Shown here: one piece after another, positions 53,327 through 64,000 of the stretch
Layout of the letters: every line of letters starts with the position of its first letter
Numbering within the stretch: the stretch's first letter is position 1
NCBI GenBank assembly: GCA_963514005.1
Contig: OY740790.1
Span: 55,490,001 to 55,554,000, forward strand
Origin: Raja brachyura
Lineage: Eukaryota
Direction of reading: 5' to 3'
Length of the DNA: 64,000 bases
Notes under the pieces: model-generated
Told to the model about the DNA's origin: nothing
Database searches by the model: none
Seen by the model: only the letters and a program-made list of their open reading frames with translations
Translations under genes and position numbers: made by a program

Positions 53327-53805
53327 AGATTTACTAGAATGTTGCCTGGGTTCCAGCAACTAAGTTACAGAGAAAGGTTGAACAAGTTAGGTCTTTATTC
53401 TTTGGAGCGCAGAAGGTTAAGGGGGGACTTGATTGAGGTCTTTAAAATGATGAAAGGGATAGACAGAGTTGACGTGGATAAGCTTTTCCCATTGAGGGTA
53501 GGAAAGATTCAAACAAGAGGGCATGACATGAGAATTAAGGGACAGAAGTTTCGGGGTAACATGAGGGGGAACTTATTTACTCAGAGAGTGGTGGCTGTGT
53601 GGAATGATCTTCCTGCAGAAGTGGTGGAGGCAGGATCGATTTTAACATTTAAAAGTAAAGTGGATAGGTATATGGACGGGAAGGGAATGGAGGGGTATGG
53701 TCTGAGTGCAGGTAGATGGGACGAGAGGAAAATAAATGGTCGGCACGGACTGGAAGGGCCGAGAAGGCCTGTTTCCGTGCTGTAATTGTTATATGGTTAT
53801 ATGGT
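53327..53805 (+). mobile_element. Young CR1 LINE 3' end with open ORF2 C-terminus and (gttatatg)n tail
   Basis: RMLPGFQQLSYRERLNKLGLYSLERRRLRGDLIEVFKMMKG... Confidence 0.92.
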
Positions 53806-53809
53806 TATT

Positions 53810-54370
53810 CCAAAAATTCAACCAAGTTCTGTGCTTACAAGATTTCTGACGATGTGAGCAGCATGATGCCAATCCGAGAAGTTTTCAGGCGTGCGGAGGA
53901 GAAGATGATGGTGAATGGCAGATGCAACAAAATATGAGGTCATCCAGTTTGACGGACAAAGTAGAAAAGCAGAATTTTTGTTTTCAAATGGCAAGGGATT
54001 TGAAAGTACTGGCGTTTTGGAGCAACCTAGTTGTCTTTGTACATAAATCACCAAAAGTTTACATTAAGGTACAGCAAGCAATTAGGAAAACAAACAATGT
54101 ATTGCACTTGGCTGCAAAAGGGGTAAGATGTCTTAATAAAATTGTATAGGGTCCAAGTGAAATATTGTCTTGTCTGGTTTCCCTTGCCAAGGAGAATTAC
54201 ATCTGCAATAGAGGGACGTTGATGAAGATTCAAAAGATGGATTCCTTGGAAGTTTGGGCATTGTCCAATGAAGAAAGATTAAACAAAATGGGGCATATGT
54301 TCTCTTGAATTTTTATAATATTCTTTAAAAGTTTGACATGTTAGCTTCCGTGTTGATATTTCCCTTGGCT
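53810..54370 (+). mobile_element. Older degenerate CR1 LINE RT fragment
   Basis: aggtacagcaagcaattaggaaaacaaa and atagagggacgttgatgaagattc. Confidence 0.6.
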
Positions 54371-56005
54371 GCCATGTTGGAAAACCATTTGGGAAGACTT
54401 GTGGCCATAAAATAGCTACCTCGTTTTGTCTTAGTTTTGTTAGTGTAATAAATTAATTTGTTGTCGGACTTGTTGAATCACACCCTTACACACTGACTAA
54501 GGTACTGAATCACAATGGGTTTCACAAGTTACAACACAACGATGTGAGTTTTTGTAGCAGGGCATCTATGGTATTTTAGTTTATTTTAGTTTTGTGATGT
54601 GTAATGAGGTACAGTAAAAAGCTTTTTGTTGCATGCTTTCCTGTCAATTAAAAAAACTATACATGATTACAATCAATCCTCTTCTGTTATTTGCCATGAT
54701 TTGAAGGTGCTCCTTTATATTCAGTTCAAAATAGCTTTGGTCCCTGAATTGCTGAAGAATTAAGGTGATAATAAGGCACAGTAAAGAAGGTTTAAGGCAC
54801 AGTAATGAAAGAAAATAGTATCTGGGATCCAAGGGACATGGACAATTAATAGAATATCTCTTTAGTCAATGCGATTTAACATTTGAGAATAAACATACAA
54901 ATCATCAAGGTGAAAAAAATAAGTGGGTGAATTCAATGTCAATACAGAAAGAGAAATGAGATAGGAGAGAACAGTTATTAGAAGCGAACAAAAAACAGAA
55001 CTTGGAAATAATGTAATAACTTAAATGTGATGTTTGTAAAACCACACTAAAAAAAGATGAATATTTGAAGGAATAGGAATTCATACTTCCAGCTCATTTT
55101 CAGTGCCATGGGGTTGATTGGCAGACATTAGCATTTATGAAGTTGTTAAAAGAATATGTATGCTTGTAATGACATTGCATTGCAGCAGATTTAATGGCAA
55201 ATGGTCAATAAAGCACCATGCTCTTTAAAACATAGGGAGGTTAAACCTGAGAATGCAATTTTGAATAACTAACAACAGAGTGCTATGACCACACATCAGA
55301 TCCTTATCTGCAGTTGATATATACTATATCTCCAGATGTTATAATGAGCACCATTAGCCTTGAAGTATTTTGCGAATAAATTCTGGTTCATTATCTCCGC
55401 ACCCAAAAGTACATGGCATACTGAATGTAACAACACACATGATGATACAAGAGACTGCAAATGTGGGAATCTTGAGCAAAAAAAAACTGCAAGAGGAATT
55501 CAGCGGGTCTGGCAGCATTGTGGAGGGAAATGCAGAGATGACATTTCAGGCAGGGGCCTTTCTTTAAGATAGCAGTCCGGACAGAGCTGGGAGAAAGAGG
55601 TGAGGGGAAGGGGCAGGGCAAGATTGGCAGATGATTGTGACTCCAGATAAGGACATGTTGGTTGGAAGTTGTGTCAGATTAGAAAGAGAAGGGTGGAGAT
55701 AATTACAAAATGAAAAGTAAAGAAAACAAATGGCTGCAGATGGTGGATTCTGATAAGAAAGCAAAGTGAGGAGTGAAATGTAGAATCAGAGGAAGTGATG
55801 ATGAATAGATGGTAAGATGGGGAACAACACACATGATCTGGTTTGTGTAAATAGAAACATTGACAGTGTAATTTCCCAATGACAACATTTGACAGATGTG
55901 TGTTTGATGGATAGCTGACAAATCCAGAATCTTGGTATACAATCAATAATCACGTTGGATCCTTTATTTCAGCATTACTATTTCCGTTATCTATAATCTT
56001 AGTTA

Positions 56006-56306
56006 TCTATATACTAAAAGTTTCATCTTGTGTGCGTGTGTGTCGGTGTGTGTGTGTGCGCGCATGTTTTGTATCGCTAGCGCTTCCATGTTTACATATT
56101 CTAACTCACATTTTTCCCGACCACGCCCTATTCAGCTTCACTTAAGATTTCATCCTATATTTCTCAAGAAGGGGGAGATGGGGAGAGGGGGAGAGAGAGG
56201 GGGAGAGAGAGGGGGAGGGGGGATTGGGGGGTGGGGGGGGGAGGTGGGCGATGATGCCCCCCCATCCCCAAGCGCGTTGGGGGACGGGGCCCAATGGGTC
56301 CCACCT
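56006..56306 (+). mobile_element. Possible non-autonomous Helitron (3' CTAG missing)
   Basis: A|TCTATATACTAAAA 5' end; GC-rich subterminal hairpin gggac/gggcccaatgggtccc; internal TG and GA repeats. Confidence 0.45.
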
Positions 56307-56509
56307 GAAAGTCATCTGGATATTCGTAGCCTTCCCATATTTGTACATAATTACATTTCATTTTCAAGGCAATGGCAATAAGAAAACATATCGCACTAAT
56401 GTGGTCGGCTCTTTAATGCTCTCTTAAACTGTCTCGCGGGCCATTGAGTTCGGGGGCAATTAGCGGATAACCTTCAATACTGGCCTTGTAGGGGTGCGGC
56501 AAATCCGGA

Positions 56510-56730
56510 AAAATCACCTCTACACTCTCCAGCTGTTCAGGCATTTCAATTTGATCATGCCTTATCCTTCTAAATTCAACAAAGTCCAGATCTAGTGTGC
56601 CTAATCTCTTCCCATAGAACAAATTAACCATTCCAGGAATCAATCCTGCGAACTTCCCTTCTCCTCCCTTAATTATAAGATATCCTTCCTTTGATAGGGA
56701 GACCACAACTGTAAACACATTTTCAAGACT
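56510..56730 (-). mobile_element. CR1 LINE fragment
   Basis: FAGLIPGMVNLFYGKRLGTLDLDFVEFRRIRHD. Confidence 0.65.
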
Positions 56731-57899
56731 CACTCACAAAAGACTGCAGATGGTGGAATCTGTAGCAACCAAAAAAAAGAGCTGAAAGATTCAGCGGATC
56801 AGTTACCGTGGATGGAAATGGACAGTTAATGTTTCTGGCCTCGACCCTTCCTTGTCTGGACCTATTTTTTCCCGGAAGGAATGAAGTTGAAATGGGTGGG
56901 GGTAATGGAGAGGCATGATGGATGATGTCAAGTTGGCAGATGAAAATGTCAAATAAGGTTAAAAGGGGATGTCCAAAAGGAAAAGGGAGAAAGCGTCAAC
57001 AGCCGGGGGGGGGGGCAGATAGGACTTCTTGCTAAAGAAATATGTAGAGGTGGCATGGCAGGCCTGGAACTCATTGAGATGTGGGTGTAGTGGTTCAGAA
57101 ATGAAGCTCCTGCTGAGGACAGGCCACTCAGCAAGAGTTGGGAGTCCAGGTAGGATGTGCAAATGCGTAAGGGTTGGAGTTGGGGGTCAGACTTGACGCA
57201 GATTTAATTATCTGTATTATTTATTCATGTGTGCACATATTTATACAATGGTATATGGACACACTCATCTGTTCCATATTCATGCCTTCTATAATTCTGT
57301 TGTGCTGAAGCAAAGCATGAATTTCATTGTCCTATCTCGGACACATGACAATAAACTCTCTTGAATCTTGAGATGGTAGGAAATGGAGGGGGAGTATTCA
57401 GGGGTGACAGAATGGTTGGAGAAGGGGAATCAGAGAAGAGGCAGGAGTTTGGGATAGTCGATGAGATGATACGTGTGGGGATATGTGATGAGATCAGTGG
57501 TAATGGAAGATAAGTGGGGCTTAGCAGCGTCAGCATTGGGGGTCCCGGCCTGGAGATACCTGGGATAGCTTGGTTCAGTTCAGAGAAAGAGCCTCAACAT
57601 GAAACATCAACTGTTCATTTCCCACCACAGATGCTGCCGGCCCCAATGAGTTCCTCCAGAAGTTTGTTTTTTGCTTGCCACAATGACCTATTTACTCCTA
57701 CTTTTTCTGTCCATTAATCAACCTTCAATCCACTTGTGCGCTGATGACAACAAGCTTTGCCGTACCACCATCTTTCTTATTTATTCCAGTGTTTCTGAAT
57801 TGTCAAGAATGTTTGTCAATCATCCTGCACTCTGTTAACAGAATATTTCCCCAGCTAAATATTAAGGCGACTAAAGTCACTACCACAGAATGTTTCACT

Positions 57900-58413
57900 A
57901 GCCTGCAATTGAATTTCTGATAGGTGGCTGGTTCCCACAAAATGCTCGGCAATGACCATCTCATGTAAGAGAGCATCTAATCATCTTCATTTGACATTCA
58001 ATTACATTACTATTGCCACCAGATATCCTGGGGTCTCGCCACTCACTAGAAACTCAATTGGACCAGCCAGCTGAATAGCAATAACAGATCAGAGGCTGGG
58101 TATCAGCAGTGATTGACTCACTTCCTAACACCATCTTGCTATTCCACCTTTTCAAAGGCACATAGGAGAATGAGAGAATATTCGCTATTTGGCTGGATGA
58201 AAGCAACATCAACAACTCTCAAGAAAGTCAATACTATCCTGAAGAAAATAGACTTCTTGGCTGACACTCCATCAATCACTATAAACATTTTAAATACTCT
58301 AAACCACCACTGCTAATGCACAGTAGCTGCAATGTGCGGCAAACTATAAAATGCACTGCGGCTAATCCACAGCACCAACCAAGCTCACAGCTTTTACCAG
58401 CGATTTGGACAAG
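57900..58413 (+). mobile_element. Old LINE fragment (CR1/L2 group, tentative); resumes at about 61186-61400 after the inserted TIR element
   Basis: Degenerate LINE-like sequence that appears continuous across ggacaag|gataacaatgggaac; recalled resemblance only. Confidence 0.5.
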
Positions 58414-61185
58414 CAGGGCTCTCGCTTAACTTTTTTTTCCCTGTTGCCAACCGGGCAACCGTGACAGCTTTTTAGATTGCCAAATGACAGTTTAGGTGGT
58501 CATTTAAGACGGTTTGCATGACGCGAGCGATAATGTGTTCGGATGAAGTCAGAATTATGTTCAATGAAGCAGTCACATATTATGTTCAAGAAGGAACTGC
58601 AGATGCTGGAAAATCGAAGGTAGACAAAATTGCTGGAGAAACTCAGCAGGTGCAGCAGCATCTATGGAGCGAAGGAAATAGGCAACGTACAGCCGAAACC
58701 CATCAGTCTGAAGCCCGAAACGTTGCCTATTTCCTTCGCTCCATAGATGCTGCCGCATCCTCTGCGTTCTACATTCTACATGTAGAATATTGTCTACATT
58801 CACATATTATTTCTGCTTCAAATAACTCACAAACTAAACATATTCACCAATCAAGACATGAGATATACCACAATGACATGCAGCAAAATTATAATACAAT
58901 ATCTCAACTCTTTTTACACATTGCAATTGTTGCAATTTCTATTAGTTCTTTCCACTTGCAAACGAAAATGTGGTTGGATTATTCAGCAAATGATCAACCT
59001 GTGTCAATAAATCCTGGACCATGCACATTACAGACTGATGCAAGCATGTTTTCTGTGAAGGACCGAAAATTACCATAACATGGCCATAGCATGGGTCATT
59101 ATTGCTATTGGCACAGAAACAATCTGGCTTCCCATAATTTATCCATAACAAAATACACAGGTTGCAAGGAACTTTCTAAAGGCATTTTATGATAATAGCT
59201 GTTAAAACCGACTATAACCATCTGACAGGTTAAACATTACACTTACTGACAAGAGTTGGCCAAAGGACAAAATTGCAACAAATGTTATTTTGGTAATATG
59301 TATAAAGGTGCCTAAAGAAATAATAACATTGGGAATTAAAACACATTTGATTGCATTGCGTTATCAAACATAGTCAATGTTCGCTCTGAAGACCATGAAT
59401 CACAATAGGGTCAGGGGGGTGTGTGAATCAGTGCGGGGTGGATAGATGGCCGGGGGGAAGGCAATTGGTGCAGAATGGATGGATTGAGGCAGGTGAATTA
59501 GTACGTGTTGGTTGGAGTATGTAAAATTGTGAGGGTAGAGCACGGGGGATGTCAGTGGTGTTGAATGGGGGATCAGTACAGGATGGATGGGGGGGGGGGG
59601 GGGAGAGTCAGTACAGGATGAATGGGGGTTCAGTACAGAATGAATGGGGGTACACAAAAATGTTGGAGAAATTCAGCTGGTGAGGCAGCATCTATGGAGC
59701 TAAGGAAATAGGCAACGTTTCGGGTCGAGACCCTTCTTCAGACTGTTCCCCCCCCCATTCTTCTTGAATGGGGGGGGGATCAGTACAGGATGGATGAGGG
59801 GGGATCAGCACAGGATGAATGGAGGGATCAGTACAGGATAAATGGAGGGGGCGTCAGGACAGTGTGGATCGGAGAGTCTGTGCAGGATGAATGGGGTCTC
59901 ACTACAGGATTAATGAGGGGATCAGTATAGGATGAATGGGCGATCAGTACGGGATGAATGAGGGGATCAGTACAGGATGCATGAGGGGATCAGTAGAGGA
60001 TGAATGGGAGGATCACTACAGGATGGATGGGGAGTTTTGTGCTGGGTAAATGGAAGGTGGGTCAGTATGGGATGAATGGGGGGGCTCAGTGCAATATGAA
60101 TGGGGGGGAGAAGTGCAGGATGGATGGGAAGGGGGGTCAGCACAGGATGAATTGGGGGACCAGTGTAGGATGGATGGGGGTGTGGCAGGAGAATCAATGC
60201 GAGGTGGGTAGGGTGATGAATAGATTGGGGGGGGGGGGGGGGGAGATGGGGATGGGAGCACAGGGGATGTCAGTGAGGACTGAATAGAGGAGGGAATGGG
60301 GATCAGTGCGGGATGGAGATCAGGGGTTCCAGGATAAGAGGGGTGGAGGGGGGGCGTACGAGAGAGAGGGGGGGGGGAAGGGGCAGAGGAGGTGGGGAGG
60401 AAGGAAGGTCAGCGCTCCTCGGACATCATCGCCCCACTGCCTTGGCCGTCCTGTCCAACGCCAAAATGCCACCGCCAAAGGGGGAGGCTGTTGGGATCTC
60501 CTCACCAGCCGACAGGAAGGTGCGGGGCCGAACGGTGCAGCTCAAAGATCCTATAGCTGCTGCTTCAGTCGGCGGAAGGAGGCCTCCCCCTCCCTCCCTC
60601 CATCTCTCTCTCTCCCTCCCTCCCTCCTTCCGGCCTCGGCGTGCAAGAGGGGTTGTTTTGAAAGCGCTGTTAACGGATTTGCAGGCAGTGGCCGTTATCA
60701 GAGCGATAGCAGCCGCTGCCTGCAAATCAAAAGATACTGCTGCAAATCCACCAATGACGCTTTCAAAACAACCCCTCTCGCATGCTGAGGCCGGGAGGAG
60801 GGAGGGAGGGAGGGAGAGGGAGGCCTCCTCCTGCCGAGCGGGGTGCGGGAGGAGGAGGAGATGGAACCGCTGTCACGGCCGCTGTTGCCGCTGTCGGAGA
60901 CCCGTCATTCGCTCCGACCCTTCGTCACTCCGCTCCTAGTTTCTTTGCCCCGCAATCAAAGATACTAGAGGAATACAGCTGCCGTTGACATGGAATGTCA
61001 CGCTCCTATTCTCCAGAGATGCTGCCCGGCCCACTGGAGTAACTGGAGTTACTCCAGTTTTTTGTGTCTATCGGTATAAACCAGTATTTCCTTGCCAAGC
61101 CGGGCAAAATGAGTCGGCGTTTAGGTTGCCCGGCAGCACTTTGGGTGGTCACTGGCACCCGGGCAACCGCTAATTTCAAGCCCTG
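58414..61185. mobile_element. 2.77-kb non-autonomous TIR DNA transposon with 5-bp TSD
   Basis: Ends cagggctctcgcttaac / gctaatttcaagccctg; acaag at 58409-58413 and 61186-61190; subterminal gggcaac/gttgcc repeats at both ends. Confidence 0.75.
59560..60330. repeat. G-rich minisatellite, unit about 21-22 bp (gggggatcagtacaggatgaat), interrupted by a hammerhead element at about 59650-59745
   Basis: Direct reading of imperfect tandem units. Confidence 0.85.
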
Positions 61186-62359
61186 ACAAGGATAACAATG
61201 GGAACATCATTGCCTGTATGTTCCCTTCCAAGTCATAATACTTCTGGCTTGGAAGCGTATCACCAGCCCTACAATGTCACTGGGTCTAAATCCTGGAACT
61301 CTTTACTCAACAGCACTGTGGGAATACCTTCATCAGAAGGACCGTAGAATACAATTCACCACCGTCTTCTCAAGAGTAAATAGGAATGGGAAATAAATGA
61401 TGTTCTTTCAGCTCCTTAAAATGAATGAGTAAAATTCTCCTCTAATACACTGTTACGTTCCATTTGAAAACATTGAATTAATATTCTGGTCCCACCCTGT
61501 CTTTGTGCTCAGGTATATAAATTAATTTATATAAACATATTTTGATATATGAATGATGTTTCTCTCACCTGGAAAAAGTTATGATTAAATGCTGCAGCCC
61601 ACTGAGGATAATAAATGGACACTTCTACCTGGGGAAAAAACGATTATCTTACTCTGTAAGTGGGATAGACATGCTGCTGTGTGTAGTAAATTGTCAATCT
61701 GACGAGCAGTATGTTTGTGAATGACCACAAGAAGCCAAAGTTGGCAGATCACAGTTCATCACAGAGCTTCTAATGGGGAAGCTACTTGAACCGTGAATGA
61801 GAAGAGATGCAGCTGTGCCAACCTCTCAGTTCTAATAAAAACAAACTGAAATACAAAGTCATACTACTCATACAGCCCAACCTTACAAAAGAAATGGAAG
61901 AAGCAACAAAGATAGCATCGGCACACTGTCACCATTAAACAAAAGTTAAATGATCACAGATGATATCACCAATACCATAGCAGCAACATCACGTGACACA
62001 ATACAGATCTACCTTGAGGTCAACTTCAGAAATAATCAAAACTAAAGACCTATTGCTCGCAATGCAGAAACGCAAAGAAGACTTTCACTTAAAACATACA
62101 CAGTTAGACAATAGCCACTAAGAATGCATGACACACACCTTGGGCTTTATCACGATAGAATTATTTGAAATCATGATTCCTAAGAGTTTTTCCCTGATGT
62201 TTTATCAAATTGTTCCAGAACCAGAAGTATGGTTGTCTCATTGTTGAGACCTATGACATAATCACTGCTGAGCTTCATTCTCTCCTTAGATTTTTGTGTA
62301 TTTTGATTACCACTATCCAACATGGAATTTTCACATGCATAAATGTGTGAGAAGCCTAA

Positions 62360-62794
62360 ATGGCCTGTCCCACTTACGTGACCGTGGCAAATTACGCGAC
62401 CTCGAGGTCACTTGAGGCATTCGGGCACCGTATGGCTGCGCGGGACCTGTCCCATTTAGAAGCGCGGAGTTGTGCGGGGCTGGTGCCTCGCGCGGGGCTC
62501 AGAAAATCTAAGTGTCAGAAACCTTCACGCGCCAACAGCCTGTAGGAGCATTGTGGTCGTAAGCAGCGTCTTGACGGCGTACGCCTAGCTTGTGGCGTTG
62601 CCCGATGACGCCGCCACCCGGCGTGGCGTTGCACGATGACGTCACCGCCCAACGCCCAAATTCAGTCAGCCCGCCTCCTGCCCAGCTGAATGATAAGTAT
62701 GACGCAAATTACGTCACGCGCGTACTTAGCGCGAACTCCGCTTCCATTTGGTCACGCCAAACGCATGCAATCGCTTGCAAGTGGGACAGGCCCT
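62360..62794. mobile_element. CpG-rich MITE (PIF/Harbinger-like)
   Basis: TIRs ggcctgtcccactt / aagtgggacaggcc in T/A flanks; internal repeat cctgtcccattt. Confidence 0.8.
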
Positions 62795-63329
62795 TATAGG
62801 TTTCTTTCAAAGATCTGATTATCCTAGTCATATTGGGTTAATTCCAAGTTTCGGCAAAGGGCCTTCCATGTTCCCGCAGATGCGGACTGACCGGGTGAAT
62901 ATTTCAACATTTTGCTTCCACTCCCACACTATCAGCCACCTCAGAACTCACAAAACTGATTTGGAAACTGCAGACTCCTCTACATATGGAGCAGGAGGCG
63001 CCTGCTAATGTGAGCAAGTGGTTGGTGGGTGTGATTGCCTTCTGTATGCTCCCAATGCATAGATTCAAGATTCTCAATACCATCCCCAAAGTTCTTTCCG
63101 TATGAGCAGTCACGAACCACAAATTAGCGGGGTTGTTGCATTATTCCCACAAAGACTTGATTACAGTATATTTTTTTATAAATCCAACATGTGTATCATA
63201 AAACAGAGCCAGAGTTGTACAGCACAGAAATAGCCCCTTCAATCCAACTTTTCTATAATGATAGTGGAGGAAGGAACTGCAGATGCTAATTTATAGATAA
63301 GACACAAAATGCTATAGTTACCATATTTC

Positions 63330-64000
63330 TAGCCTTCCCTGCTCTCGGAAATCGACAATAACTATCGACCCTATCTATGGGCCACATAATTTTCTAATCT
63401 TCCTTATGGGTCACCTCTCAGTCTCCTATGTGCCAGTGATAATAAATTTAGCCTATCCGATCTCTCCTTATAATTATAACCCTCCATTGCAGGAAACATC
63501 TTGGTGAATTTCTTCAGCACTTTGTCTACTACTGCTACTACCACATCCTTCTTGTATGGTGGCAACCAGAACTTTACACAATATTCCACATGTGGCCTGA
63601 CCAATGTTTTAACAGTTGCAACATGATATCCCAACATTTACACCCTGTGAAGGTGCTAAATGCTTTCTTTACTATCCACCTGTATCTCCCATTTTCAGAG
63701 GTTTGAACTTGCTCCGCAAGGTCCCTTTGTAAACCAACACGACATATTTACTGATTATATTCTGTTAGTATTTGATCTCCCACAATACATTACCATACAC
63801 TTGTATGGATTAAATTTAATCTGCTATTACACTACCCCATTTTCCAACTGATGTACATCCTTCCGTACATTTTCAAAACCTCTTTTGTGACGTATTACTC
63901 CACCAATTTTGATATCATCCACAAACTTATGAATCAGACCACCTGTATTCTCATTGAAATAATTTAGATATTATGATAAACAACAATGTTCCCAGCACCA
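63330..64000 (-). mobile_element. CR1 LINE RT fragment running off the window
   Basis: KTLVRPHVEYCVKFWLPPYKKDV...RRLRGD. Confidence 0.85.

Noticed and set aside
58518-59078. 186-aa ORF inside the TIR element as a possible transposase
   Set aside because: Reads through Penelope-derived repeats and has no DDE or BED motifs.
59560-60330. CRISPR-like repeat array
   Set aside because: Degenerate tandem minisatellite without unique spacers, in a eukaryotic intron.
60306-60988. GC-rich ORFs of 160-208 aa
   Set aside because: Products of the palindrome and simple repeats; no domain or splice support.
48364-64000. Upstream Ig1 exons of the phosphatase gene
   Set aside because: Not found by eye; they probably lie beyond 64000. 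Likewise no FNIII-4 exon was seen in 1-7848.

Overview
Vertebrate genomic DNA, AT-rich and mostly intronic. The CR1/Penelope/tRNA-SINE/Tc1 repeat mix suggests a cartilaginous fish, probably a skate or ray (inference). The window lies inside a minus-strand LAR-family (type IIa) receptor tyrosine phosphatase gene, best matching PTPRF. Six canonical exons run from Ig2 to FNIII-3 (48363 down to 7849). Three frame-preserving microexons, not annotated as such by the ORF track, are also present: meA3 (9 nt, ESF), meA6 (18 nt, GGTPIR) and meB (12 nt, DQRE). All phases join into one open frame. The introns hold two Tc1 IR/DR transposons, a TSD-flanked Penelope GIY-YIG fragment, about ten short Penelope-derived elements with a minimal hammerhead-ribozyme motif (several TSD-flanked, two palindromic), several MITEs, a 2.8-kb cargo-carrying TIR element with a 5-bp TSD, CR1/L1/Rex LINE fragments, a SINE, and a 171-N gap. 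Most ORF-track entries are spurious. Family and paralog names come from recalled sequence knowledge, not database searches.
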